From contig OZ241380.1 of assembly GCA_965200765.1 (NCBI GenBank), positions 1,106,417 to 1,170,416 on the forward strand: a DNA stretch of 64,000 nt. The letters are read 5' to 3'. The translations under genes were made by a program, and so were the position numbers. This DNA comes from Arenicellales bacterium. Its GTDB lineage: Bacteria; Pseudomonadota; Gammaproteobacteria; Arenicellales; JAJDZL01. The notes under the pieces are model-generated. The model made no database searches and was not told the DNA's origin. It saw nothing but the letters and a program-made list of their open reading frames with translations. This document shows, piece after piece, positions 35,056 through 44,498 of the stretch (the stretch's first letter is position 1; each line of letters starts with the position of its first letter).

Positions 35056-36852
35056 GTGCAACATAAACCACGCTTTATGTCAAATCACACACCCGAATTG
35101 ACTGACAACCCGCAAGTATTCGAGCAGGCTGGACAACTCAGTGAGTTGACGACCCAGTGGAGACGAGTATTGGAAGTAATTATGAATACCGAAAGCAAGC
35201 AAGATTCTGTTAATTTTTCTTTGGACCTCAGTGAATTGTTCGCCAAAGCGTTGGCAGGCAATGTAATTCAACCGGACAAGTTGCTGGAAGCAAACACTGC
35301 AGCATTTGACCAATACTCGAAACTGTTTGGTTATGTCTGGAGTAAATCTTTGGGAACCAATGCCGAGCCAGTGATTGAAACAGAAGTCGGTGACCCGAGG
35401 TTTCGGTCAAAACACTGGAGCGAGAACCTTTGGTTCGATACGTTGAAACAGTCTTACTTGATCGGTTCGGAGTACTTTCACTCACTCTGTCAAACCACCG
35501 ACCATCTTTCGGAGAAAGAGGCCAAAAAGGTTGATTTTTTCACCAGGCAGTTCACGGATGCCCTTGCACCGACAAATATCGCAATGCTGAATCCGGAGGT
35601 GATTCAACAAGCGATGAAAACGAACGGGCAGAGCATTATTGACGGCATGAAAAATCTGGCTGATGATCTGGAAGCCGGAACTGGCGTAAAGATGGTGGAT
35701 CGCAGTGAGTTCAAGCTTGGAGTCGATATTGCTTCAACTCCGGGCAAGGTGATCGCCAGAAACAAACTGGCCGAACTGATTCAGTACTCTCCCACTACTG
35801 AGCAAGTGTACGAAAAGCCAATTCTGATCATTCCGCCGTGGATCAACAAGTATTACATCCTGGACCTGAAAAGGAAAAATTCCTATATCGGTTGGCTGGT
35901 AGAGCAGGGTTTTACAGTGTTTGTAATCTCATGGATCAACCCGGACGGCTCCTATCGCGAGATCGAGTTCGAAGATTATCTGAAAGTTGGACCCCTGTGG
36001 GCCTTGGAAGAAATTGAAGCGGCAACCGGATCCAGGGAAGTAAATGCAATTGGCTATTGTCTGGGCGGAACGTTGCTTTCAATTCTGCTAGCATATCTGG
36101 CGGCGCATAAGCAGAACCGCATTGCAAGTGCTACATTCTTCACCTCAATGATTGATTTTGGTGAACCCGGCGATTTGGGTGTGTTTGTGGATGATTCCAG
36201 TGTATCTCAATTGGAATCGATGATGCAGAAAACCGGTTATCTGGATGGCAAGTCTATGGCTTCCACTTTCAATATGATGCGGGCGAATGACCTGATTTGG
36301 CATTTTGTGGTCAACAACTACCTGCTTGGAAAATCACCGGGTTCCTTCGACCTTTTGTACTGGAATTCCGATTCGACCCGAATGCCGGCCAAAATGCATA
36401 GCTGGTACCTGAAAAACATGTATGTTGAAAATAACCTGTGCAAGCCGAACGGTATAACATTGCTGGATACGCCGATTGATTTGTCGCTGGTCAAGACTCC
36501 TTGTTACTTCCTGTCAACAGAACTGGACCATATCTCGCCTTGGAAATCTACGTATACCGGTGCCAAGTTGCTCAAAGGCAGTGTGAAATTTGTACTTGGT
36601 GAATCGGGACATATTGCCGGGGTTATCAACCCGCCTGCGAAGAACAAGTATGGCTACTATACGACTCGGAGACGATTGCCGGCCACACCGGATCGATGGC
36701 TTGAAACGGCAACGTATCAGGCAGGCTCATGGTGGCCGCACTGGAACAAATGGGTTTCGGCTCATTCCGGTTCCAAGGTTGAAGCCAGACAACCGGAAAC
36801 GAATGCGAGACCGCCTCTATGCGATGCCCCGGGTACCTATGTTCTGATGTAA
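35056..36852 (+). CDS. phaC: Class I poly(R)-hydroxyalkanoate synthase
   Basis: About 590 aa with the lipase-box variant GYCLGG (catalytic Cys), PPWINKYYILDL, and the C-terminal HIAGVINPP. Start is GTG 35056 or ATG 35077. Confidence 0.9.
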   Translation: MQHKPRFMSNHTPELTDNPQVFEQAGQLSELTTQWRRVLEVIMNTESKQDSVNFSLDLSELFAKALAGNVIQPDKLLEANTAAFDQYSKLFGYVWSKSLGTNAEPVIETEVGDPRFRSKHWSENLWFDTLKQSYLIGSEYFHSLCQTTDHLSEKEAKKVDFFTRQFTDALAPTNIAMLNPEVIQQAMKTNGQSIIDGMKNLADDLEAGTGVKMVDRSEFKLGVDIASTPGKVIARNKLAELIQYSPTTEQVYEKPILIIPPWINKYYILDLKRKNSYIGWLVEQGFTVFVISWINPDGSYREIEFEDYLKVGPLWALEEIEAATGSREVNAIGYCLGGTLLSILLAYLAAHKQNRIASATFFTSMIDFGEPGDLGVFVDDSSVSQLESMMQKTGYLDGKSMASTFNMMRANDLIWHFVVNNYLLGKSPGSFDLLYWNSDSTRMPAKMHSWYLKNMYVENNLCKPNGITLLDTPIDLSLVKTPCYFLSTELDHISPWKSTYTGAKLLKGSVKFVLGESGHIAGVINPPAKNKYGYYTTRRRLPATPDRWLETATYQAGSWWPHWNKWVSAHSGSKVEARQPETNARPPLCDAPGTYVLM

Positions 36853-36876
36853 GCTGGTATGAGTTGGCGGATGCGA

Positions 36877-37674
36877 CTACGACCAGTTTGGTTTGCGTTT
36901 CTCGATAAACGCGTTGATACCCTCGGTCGTTGAACTCAATGTCATGTTGCAAGTCATGGTGTCGCTTGCGTTCTTGTATGCAGACTCGACCTCCTGGTCG
37001 ATTTGCTGATAGAACAACTGTTTCCCCAATGCCAGTACTTCGCGGGGTTTTTCAGCAATTTTCTGGGCCAAGGCCGTTGTTTCAGCTTCAAGGTTATCCG
37101 GTTTGACTGCTTTATTGACCAATCCCTTTTCGACGGCGGCTTCGGCATCAATAAAATCTCCGGTAAACAGCATTTCAAAGGAATGCTTGCGGGAAACATT
37201 GCGACTCAATGCGACGCTGGGAGTCGAACAGAACAGCCCAAGATTAATGCCTGAAACTGCAAATTTTGCCTTGTCTGATGCGACAGCCAAGTCGCAATTT
37301 GCAACAAGTTGGCAACCGGCCGCAGTAGCAATTCCCTGGACTTGTGCAATTACCGGTTGGGGAAGGCGAGTCATGGACAACATCATGCGGTTGCACTGCT
37401 GGAGAATTTTATCGACCATCTTCGATTCGGATGCCTGCACTTCCTTCAGATCATGGCCGGCGCAAAACGCTTTGCCGTTCGCGGCGAGAATGATGACTTT
37501 GACAGTTTCATCATCGGCCAGTTCATCGAAAGTATTCTGGAGCATGGACAACATGTCTTGTGAAAGAGGGTTATACTGGTCAGGTCTGTTCAGCGTCAAC
37601 TTGGCAATGCCGCCGTTGTCTTCTCTGTACAACAAAGGAAATTCAGTGGTTGTGTCAATGGCTAAATTGGTCAT
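36877..37674 (-). CDS. Enoyl-CoA hydratase/isomerase (crotonase) family protein
   Basis: Crotonase pattern FCAGHDLKE ... GIATAAGCQL. Confidence 0.88.
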   Translation of the reverse strand: MTNLAIDTTTEFPLLYREDNGGIAKLTLNRPDQYNPLSQDMLSMLQNTFDELADDETVKVIILAANGKAFCAGHDLKEVQASESKMVDKILQQCNRMMLSMTRLPQPVIAQVQGIATAAGCQLVANCDLAVASDKAKFAVSGINLGLFCSTPSVALSRNVSRKHSFEMLFTGDFIDAEAAVEKGLVNKAVKPDNLEAETTALAQKIAEKPREVLALGKQLFYQQIDQEVESAYKNASDTMTCNMTLSSTTEGINAFIEKRKPNWS

Positions 37675-37745
37675 GAAGTTCTCTCGGTTTCGGATAGGAT
37701 TGATGAAGCTTATTGTAGCCTGTTATTCGAATTTGGGCAAGTAAA

Positions 37746-38165
37746 ATGTCAAATGTATCAATAGAAGAGTTTCGGGAATTTGCTACCCGTCATGTACCGC
37801 TCACAAAAAAACTTGGATTTGTCATAGACAACCTGAACGAACGTGAATGCCTGGTTCGAGCAAAATACCAAGACGATTTTCTCAGGCCGGGCGGAACAAT
37901 ATCCGGTCCGATCATGATGGCACTGGCGGATTTTGCGATGTATGGTGCAATCATTGGACGGGCCGGAGAAGTACAACAGGCCGTGACTGCCAGTTTCAAC
38001 ATCAACTTCCTGATACGACCCGAACCGGGAGATATTGTTGCCAGAGCGCAAGTGCTCAAGATGGGCAAGCGTTTGGCCGTGGGTACAGTTGATTTACTTG
38101 GAAATCAGGACAACCAGCTGGTTGCCCATGCGACTTGTACCTATTCGTTGCCAAGCAACAATTAA
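37746..38165 (+). CDS. PaaI-family hot-dog thioesterase
   Basis: 139 aa with LRPGGTISGPIMMALADFAM, typical of PaaI/YbgC-like thioesterases. Confidence 0.75.
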   Translation: MSNVSIEEFREFATRHVPLTKKLGFVIDNLNERECLVRAKYQDDFLRPGGTISGPIMMALADFAMYGAIIGRAGEVQQAVTASFNINFLIRPEPGDIVARAQVLKMGKRLAVGTVDLLGNQDNQLVAHATCTYSLPSNN

Positions 38166-38264
38166 CCAGTATCGCTCAAAGGAAGGTATTGAAGTATTTG
38201 AACTGTATGACACCCTGATTTGTCGTACATAATGGAAAAATAACTTTTAGGGAGAACTGCACAG

Positions 38265-38942
38265 ATGTTCAAAAATATTCAAGTTTGTGTTTTCGATGCC
38301 TACGGTACCTTGTTTGATGTTCATTCGGCCGCAGGTTTTCATAGCAAAGCATTGGGGAAGTTGGAATCACCGGTGTCCGAGCTTTGGCGCACCAAGCAGC
38401 TTCAATATACCTGGCTTCGAAGCCTGATGGGGAACTACGTGGAATTTTGGACCGTTACAGGAGATGCGCTTGACTATGCTTTGGAGACGCATGGCGTTCA
38501 GGATCCGGAATTACGAAACAACTTGATGGATTCATATCTGAATCTGCAGTGCTTCGATGAAGTGCCTGATGTGTTGCGACTGTTGAAAAAATCGGGCAAG
38601 TCTACTGCAATCCTTTCGAATGGCTCGCCCTACATGCTGAATCCGGTCATCAAGAATTCCGGGATATCCGAATATCTGGATGCCTGCATTTCAGTTGATG
38701 AAATTGGCATCTACAAACCTGTGCCGAAAGTTTACGATTTGGCTTGCAAACGATTTGGAGTCAAACCGGAAGAAATTTGTTTTTTGTCTTCCAATTGTTG
38801 GGATGCAATTGGTGCGGCTTCATTTGGATTTCAGGTTGCCTGGGTGAACCGGTACAATCAGCAATTGGATCGAATGTCAATCGAACTGCAAGCGGAAATC
38901 AAGGATTTGACTGAGCTTCCGGCATTGTTGGGTATCACATAA
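38265..38942 (+). CDS. Type II haloacid dehalogenase (HAD superfamily)
   Basis: Nucleophile motif FDAYGTLFDV, SNGS, and the family-typical YKP...VY region. Confidence 0.8.
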   Translation: MFKNIQVCVFDAYGTLFDVHSAAGFHSKALGKLESPVSELWRTKQLQYTWLRSLMGNYVEFWTVTGDALDYALETHGVQDPELRNNLMDSYLNLQCFDEVPDVLRLLKKSGKSTAILSNGSPYMLNPVIKNSGISEYLDACISVDEIGIYKPVPKVYDLACKRFGVKPEEICFLSSNCWDAIGAASFGFQVAWVNRYNQQLDRMSIELQAEIKDLTELPALLGIT

Positions 38943-38963
38943 CACAGTTTCAAATTCTTCCAG

Positions 38964-39509
38964 TTATGGATTTCGGCGTTGTTTTCGGTCCGCGCAGGTG
39001 CTGCACAGCAGATCGGAAAAGGGATCGAATTCAAGATTTGGATAAACTCGCCATTCATCTGGTGGATTGAATCCACCGCGCCAAACTCCGGCCATTTGAT
39101 TCTTTGCCGAGTTCTCCTCCCTTGAGTACTGCTCCATTGCAGGTACGGTCAAGGCCCAGCCTTCAAGAACTAGCTGTTGTGCAATATTGAATTCCGCGTT
39201 CTTGCAAATGACAAAGGCCACTGAATCTTGTTTGTCAACTGATTCGCATTTCACATCATTCGTGTTGAGCAGCTGGTGCAACCGCAATGTAGCGGCGGCA
39301 CCACAAGTCCATTTTTCGTTGTTCGCCAAACATTTGGCGGTGCTTATCGGTACAGCGATTCCGTGCAGCACGAGTGTCTCGCCATCGACTTCGATTGCAT
39401 TGCCATTCAATATCCTGAACTGACCCGCATTCGCGGATCCGACCATGCCTGAAACAGACAAAGCAAGCACAATTGCGACCATTCTGAAGAGTTGTAAACT
39501 GTTTGCCAT
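38964..39509 (-). CDS. Secreted staphylococcal-nuclease (SNase/thermonuclease)-like protein
   Basis: Signal peptide (MANSLQLFRMVAIVLALSVSGMVGSANA) followed by an SNc-like OB fold (VLHGIAVP..., LVLEGWAL, AKNQMAGVW). The internal ATG at 39509 is preferred over the ORF-track start. Confidence 0.65.
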   Translation of the reverse strand: MANSLQLFRMVAIVLALSVSGMVGSANAGQFRILNGNAIEVDGETLVLHGIAVPISTAKCLANNEKWTCGAAATLRLHQLLNTNDVKCESVDKQDSVAFVICKNAEFNIAQQLVLEGWALTVPAMEQYSREENSAKNQMAGVWRGGFNPPDEWRVYPNLEFDPFSDLLCSTCADRKQRRNP

Positions 39510-39626
39510 TCGCCAATGAATTAAATTCTTGATTTCAGAGAAAAATTTAACTTTCAATTGCATGCTATAGAATTAAAATATAAGCGACAAACTGTTTTAC
39601 CAACAATAACAAATCATTTGGTAGCA

Positions 39627-40496
39627 ATGAAACAAAAACTGACTACTGAGCAGATTGAACACTTCCATGACTTGGGCTATCTGATCGCTTCATCCGGGCT
39701 TGATGATGACACGCTCAATGCCATGGATTCACAAATTGATTCATGGATTGAAGAAAGCCGAACCTATGAAGCCAATTATGGCGAAACGATGGATGGCAAG
39801 GCGCGCTTTGATCTGGAAGAAGGACACTGTAGCCAAACGCCCAAGTTGCGTCGAGTTGCAAACCCTGTTGATGTATCCGAAGTGTTCCAGCGCGTACTCT
39901 GGGACAGTCCGGTTACGGATATGGTTGCACAACTCATTGGACCAAGCATCAAGTTTCATCACTGCAAGCTCAATATCAAGCTTCCGAAAATGGATACGGT
40001 GGTCTATTATCATCAGGATCATTCGTATGATCCGCATACCAACGACGATATGCTGGCAATTCTGCTGATGCTGGATGAATCAACCCCGCTCAATGGTTGC
40101 CTGAAAATTGTTCCTGGCTCGCACAAGAAACGATACTCACACTTTCAGGACAACAAGTATGTTGGTCTGATTGACTCGCAACACTATGATGAATTCAATC
40201 GGGAGGCGGTACCGGTCACCGCGAAGCGGGGAGAGATTTGCTTTATGCACACTTGGTCAGTCCATGGGTCGGAATCAAATCGCTCCAGTAAACCCCGGCG
40301 GCTTCTGATTTGCGACTACGCAAGTGCAGACGCGTTTCCGTTGCTTTCACCAGCGGTGCCATCACCGTACACTGGAATGGTCGTGCGGGGTGAACCGAGT
40401 CCATACGCCCGGCTAACCCAGGATCGTATTGAAATACGAACACCGTATTCTGAAGATTCTTTCTTCGGTGTTCAAGGCCAACCCTCGGCAACATGA
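39627..40496 (+). CDS. Phytanoyl-CoA dioxygenase (PhyH) family Fe(II)/2OG oxygenase
   Basis: N-terminal LTTEQIEHFHDLGYL, the facial triad region YHQDHSYD, and WSVHGSESN. Confidence 0.8.
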   Translation: MKQKLTTEQIEHFHDLGYLIASSGLDDDTLNAMDSQIDSWIEESRTYEANYGETMDGKARFDLEEGHCSQTPKLRRVANPVDVSEVFQRVLWDSPVTDMVAQLIGPSIKFHHCKLNIKLPKMDTVVYYHQDHSYDPHTNDDMLAILLMLDESTPLNGCLKIVPGSHKKRYSHFQDNKYVGLIDSQHYDEFNREAVPVTAKRGEICFMHTWSVHGSESNRSSKPRRLLICDYASADAFPLLSPAVPSPYTGMVVRGEPSPYARLTQDRIEIRTPYSEDSFFGVQGQPSAT

Positions 40497-40515
40497 GGCC
40501 GGAGCAAATTTTGTT

Positions 40516-41196
40516 GTGACTTTTTCCATTGTTGGCTTCGATCGAAACAGCGGTGATTTTGGTGTCGCGATCACGACATCCAGTATTGCTGTAGGCAGTC
40601 GTTGTCCTTGGGTAAGGGCAGGGGTCGGAGCTGTTGCTACCCAGAATATTACCAACCCTTCACTCGGTCCGGCGGTCCTTGATTTGTTGCAATCGGGCTT
40701 GGGAGCAAAAGATGCACTCGCACAGGTTATGGCAGAACAACCGTTCATGGATTTTCGTCAACTGACAATTGTTGACAAAAATGGTGAGATCGCAGAGTTT
40801 ACAGGCAAAAATATTCTGGGTACTCACGCAGTCGCTTATGGCGATTGTTGCGTGGCAGCTGGCAATTTGCTTGCGAATACCCGTGTACCATCTGCCATGG
40901 TGGAAAATTTCGAAAGTCGTCAGACGGGCATTCACATTGCAGAAGCATTATTGGAAGCGATAAAAGCAGGGCTTGATGCTGGCGGTGAACTTGGAGAGGT
41001 ACATTCAGCGGCATTGCTCACAGCAAGTGAATTTTCATGGCCAGAAGTCAATTTGCGGATTGACTGGCACGATACCGAACCAGTCAAACAGCTTGAAAGT
41101 CTATGGAAAGCCTACGCACCACAACGCGTTGATTACAACAATCGTGCAGTGAATCCGGATGCGGCTCCTTCTTACGGAGTACCAGGCGACCCCTAA
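40516..41196 (+). CDS. DUF1028 family (Ntn-hydrolase-like) protein
   Basis: The family-typical N-terminus (M)TFSIVGFD follows GTG 40516, with GGAG 12-15 nt upstream. Followed by GVAITTSS and GAVATQ. Confidence 0.75.
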   Translation: MTFSIVGFDRNSGDFGVAITTSSIAVGSRCPWVRAGVGAVATQNITNPSLGPAVLDLLQSGLGAKDALAQVMAEQPFMDFRQLTIVDKNGEIAEFTGKNILGTHAVAYGDCCVAAGNLLANTRVPSAMVENFESRQTGIHIAEALLEAIKAGLDAGGELGEVHSAALLTASEFSWPEVNLRIDWHDTEPVKQLESLWKAYAPQRVDYNNRAVNPDAAPSYGVPGDP

Positions 41197-41211
41197 GCAA
41201 AAAGATTGACC

Positions 41212-42015
41212 TCAAAGCGAGGCTTCAATGATTTGAAGACACTCGTTGTGCAGTTCGGGATTCGCTGACGCGAGTACCTGCCCATTGCAATCCAGGGTAA
41301 GAGGGTTGCCTTGCCAGTCGGTTATGACTCCTTTGGCACACTCCACTACCGGCACCAGCGCCATGATATCGTGTGGCTTCATATTGGCTTCCATCACAAC
41401 ATCTGCCTTGCCCGTAGCGAGTAGTCCATACGCATAGCAATCAACACCGTATCGACGACGCTTTGCTTTTTCGGTTACCGCGTAAAACGCGCGCAACTCA
41501 TCGGTATCGAACATATCTGGCGAGGTAGCAAAAACAATTGAAAATTCAAGTTGTTGATTCGGGTTGCTTGAACATACTTGTTCTTGCCAAGTTGTTCTGT
41601 GGTGCTTCGCACCAACCCATCGACCGCCCAGCGCAGGATGGTCAATGATTCCGATTACCGGTACCTTCTTGTAAAGCAAACTGATCAGAATTCCGAACGT
41701 CGGTATTCCATGAACGAATGCGGTTGTTCCGTCAATCGGATCAATACACCAAACCCAGTCTCGGTCCAAGTTGGATGCTCCATATTCTTCTCCCCAAAAT
41801 CCGTGTTCGGGAAATTTTTCTTCCACCATGGATTTTGCAGTCAATTCAATATTCTGGTCTGCAAGAGTGATGTATGTATCATCCATTTTTTCGCTTGGTT
41901 GCATGAATTTTCGATAGTACCGGAGTGCTATCGGTCGAGCACAGTCCGCTATGGAAACTGCAAAACTCAGCAACGTGGAGATTGTTTCCTCGTCAGGATA
42001 AGAATTTGAACTCAT
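41212..42015 (-). CDS. Inositol monophosphatase family protein (IMPase/HisN-like)
   Basis: IMPase signatures GEE...WCIDPIDGT and WDIMAL-like HDIMALVPVV. Confidence 0.85.
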   Translation of the reverse strand: MSSNSYPDEETISTLLSFAVSIADCARPIALRYYRKFMQPSEKMDDTYITLADQNIELTAKSMVEEKFPEHGFWGEEYGASNLDRDWVWCIDPIDGTTAFVHGIPTFGILISLLYKKVPVIGIIDHPALGGRWVGAKHHRTTWQEQVCSSNPNQQLEFSIVFATSPDMFDTDELRAFYAVTEKAKRRRYGVDCYAYGLLATGKADVVMEANMKPHDIMALVPVVECAKGVITDWQGNPLTLDCNGQVLASANPELHNECLQIIEASL

Positions 42016-42099
42016 GGTGGTTCCGTCCCCCGATAGCGGACATCGAATGTACTTGAAACGAACCGGATACGGATCGCTAATGTTCTGCGAACCGATTTG

Positions 42100-43161
42100 T
42101 CAATAGGCTTTCCAGGAATCTGTGACCGGTTTCAAATCCGAATTGTCACCTGCTATAAACTCTTGCTCGCATCGAAATTTCATGCGAGTGGATTCCAGCC
42201 AGGCAATATTCCCCAGAACTTTGTCGTTCTTTTGGGGAACCTGATTCAACGTCGGAATAATCTGCCGATTATGATATTGTTGAAAAATCTGCAACATCAA
42301 TTGCTCCACCTTGGAGCTGGGATTCACAACATTCAGGCCAATTTTTTTGGCCTCCTTTCGACCGATACGATATTGATGCGACATGTAGTTGTCGCACAGA
42401 GTGTCTATGATTTCATTGATTCTTTGCGAATCCCGGCTTGCATCCATGTGTGTTTCAAGACACTGGCGGGCCGTGAGTTTTGAAAGTTCATAGCTTTGCT
42501 GGATTCCTCCAATCGCCAACGGATGAATTTTGTCGAACAATGCAGTCAGAATTTGTGCCCATGATTCCGGAGTGGCAGGACCATGTTGCTCAATTGAATC
42601 CTGTATGAATTTCATTGCATGTCGCAAATCTTGTACCGAAACAGGTTCAGGATTTTCTTGTTGTTCGCTCTTGGGCAGCAATGGATGAATTCGATGGGGG
42701 TCAATCGGACCCAAGTACCCCATGCTTGACATGACAATCTCGTCAGCACCCAATGCGAATGTTGTTCCGGCACTCAGTGCCATGTAGGGCACCAACACGG
42801 AAAATCGCGGTGCATGTTCGCGAATCAGAGAAACAAGTCGCCCCGGACATTCCGTATCTCCACCAGCGGTATTCAGGAGAATATCAACTCCATCGTTGCC
42901 CGGAACTTTCAACAACTGGTCCATGAACGGAAGATCGACAGCTACTGACATTTTTGCCATGTGCGTAGTCCAGTAGACAATCAATGGTCGTCGACGTTCG
43001 GTTTCAATTGCCTTAAGCAATTCATCAGCTGCAGGCGGTTTTTTATTGCCCTGAGCCGACGGTTCGGAACCATTGCCAGTTCTCGTTATACCGTTTCCAC
43101 CGGAACCATTAGACTTTCCGTATCTCGATATTTCAGGCAGTTGCCATTTCTGCTTGCTCAT
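42100..43161 (-). CDS. Clp-fold serine protease of the SDH (serine dehydrogenase proteinase)/SppA-like type
   Basis: ClpP/crotonase-fold pattern LLNTAGGD...PYMALSAGTTFALGADEIVM (nucleophile Ser in ALSAG). Gly/Asn-rich, low-complexity N-terminus. Confidence 0.6.
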   Translation of the reverse strand: MSKQKWQLPEISRYGKSNGSGGNGITRTGNGSEPSAQGNKKPPAADELLKAIETERRRPLIVYWTTHMAKMSVAVDLPFMDQLLKVPGNDGVDILLNTAGGDTECPGRLVSLIREHAPRFSVLVPYMALSAGTTFALGADEIVMSSMGYLGPIDPHRIHPLLPKSEQQENPEPVSVQDLRHAMKFIQDSIEQHGPATPESWAQILTALFDKIHPLAIGGIQQSYELSKLTARQCLETHMDASRDSQRINEIIDTLCDNYMSHQYRIGRKEAKKIGLNVVNPSSKVEQLMLQIFQQYHNRQIIPTLNQVPQKNDKVLGNIAWLESTRMKFRCEQEFIAGDNSDLKPVTDSWKAY

Positions 43162-43363
43162 AACTTGTTTTGATTGAACCAGTGTTGGATGGAATTTCGT
43201 TCAAATTTTATTTTACAGCATGGCAGTGTAACAGATTTCTAAAATATACTACTTGGCAAAATAGTTATACAGGTTGACATGCTTCAAATGGCAGGTCACA
43301 AGTTGTTGCTCTGGACTATGCAAACCACGATTCCAAAATCTACACACACTGAAAGTCTAGCCC

Positions 43364-44458
43364 ATGCGATTTGAATCATCCTTGTTTAGCCCCATCTCGT
43401 TCAGAGGCTTGCAGTTGCGAAACCGAATCATGGTTTCGCCGATGTGTCAGTACTCCTCGCACAATGGATGTGTTTCCGACTGGCACAAGATGCATCTGGG
43501 TCAATTTGCAGTGTCCGGTGCGGGCTTGTTGATTGTTGAAATGACGAATGTGGAACCACGCGGCCGTATCAGTCCGAAATGTGCCGGTTTGTATGACGAG
43601 GCGACCGAAGTTGCATTCAGGGAAGTGGTGGATTTTTGCAAGCATTACGGTCATGTGCCAATAGGAGTGCAGTTGGCCCATGCTGGACGCAAAGCATCTA
43701 CGGCACCGCCCTGGGAAGGGCGAACCTCCTTGCAACCGAACCATGGCGGATGGCAACCGGTTGCACCTTCCGCAATTCCTTATAACAACTCTGCACTGGT
43801 TCCAGGCGAGTTGACGGAGCAGGAAGTTTTTGAACTGGTTGACAAGTTTGTCGAGTCAGCTAGCCGAGCCGAACGGGTTGGCTTCGACGCAATTGAGTTG
43901 CATGCCGCGCATGGCTATCTTCTTCACCAGTTTTTGTCGCCGCTCTCCAACCACAGAAGTGACCAGTTCGGGGGTACCCCGGAGAATCGCATGCGGTTTC
44001 CCTTAAGCGTTTTTCGGGAAGTTCGTGCAGTTTGGCCAGATGACAAGCCGCTGGGCGTTCGAGTATCTGCAACCGATGGAATCGAAGGTGGCCTGGATCT
44101 GAATCAAACGATTGAGTTTGCCAAAGAATTGAAAAAACTGGGTTGTGACTGGATTGATGTTTCAAGTGGCGGTCTTGCGGGTCATCAGGATGTGAGCCCG
44201 GGTCCTGGTTATCAGGTGAATCTTTCCCGAGCTGTTCGGATTCAAGCGGATATTCCAACCATTGCAGTAGGGATGATTACGGAACCGGTGCAGGCCGAGC
44301 AGATTGTTCGGTCCGGCGATGCGGATGTCGTTGCGCTTGCAAGAGGGATGCTATTCAACCCGCGCTGGGTTTGGCATGCGGCCGAAGTGCTGGGGGCCAA
44401 AGCCGAATATCCCAATCAATATCTGCGTTGCCAACCATCTTTCGGTCTTCGAACATGA
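43364..44458 (+). CDS. Old Yellow Enzyme family NADH:flavin oxidoreductase
   Basis: MVSPMCQY and HAAHGYLLHQFLSP; TIM-barrel OYE pattern. Confidence 0.9.
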   Translation: MRFESSLFSPISFRGLQLRNRIMVSPMCQYSSHNGCVSDWHKMHLGQFAVSGAGLLIVEMTNVEPRGRISPKCAGLYDEATEVAFREVVDFCKHYGHVPIGVQLAHAGRKASTAPPWEGRTSLQPNHGGWQPVAPSAIPYNNSALVPGELTEQEVFELVDKFVESASRAERVGFDAIELHAAHGYLLHQFLSPLSNHRSDQFGGTPENRMRFPLSVFREVRAVWPDDKPLGVRVSATDGIEGGLDLNQTIEFAKELKKLGCDWIDVSSGGLAGHQDVSPGPGYQVNLSRAVRIQADIPTIAVGMITEPVQAEQIVRSGDADVVALARGMLFNPRWVWHAAEVLGAKAEYPNQYLRCQPSFGLRT

Positions 44459-44498
44459 AGCTGTTGTAATCAATCGTTGGCTTGGAGAGTTTCTTGCA

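Noticed and set aside
39217-39223. GCCACTG, a match to the cobalamin-riboswitch 'B12 box' core.
   Set aside because: It lies inside the SNase-like coding region, on the strand opposite to that gene. There is no surrounding riboswitch architecture and it is not upstream of any B12-related gene. I found no B12-box-like element in the leader of the corrinoid operon.
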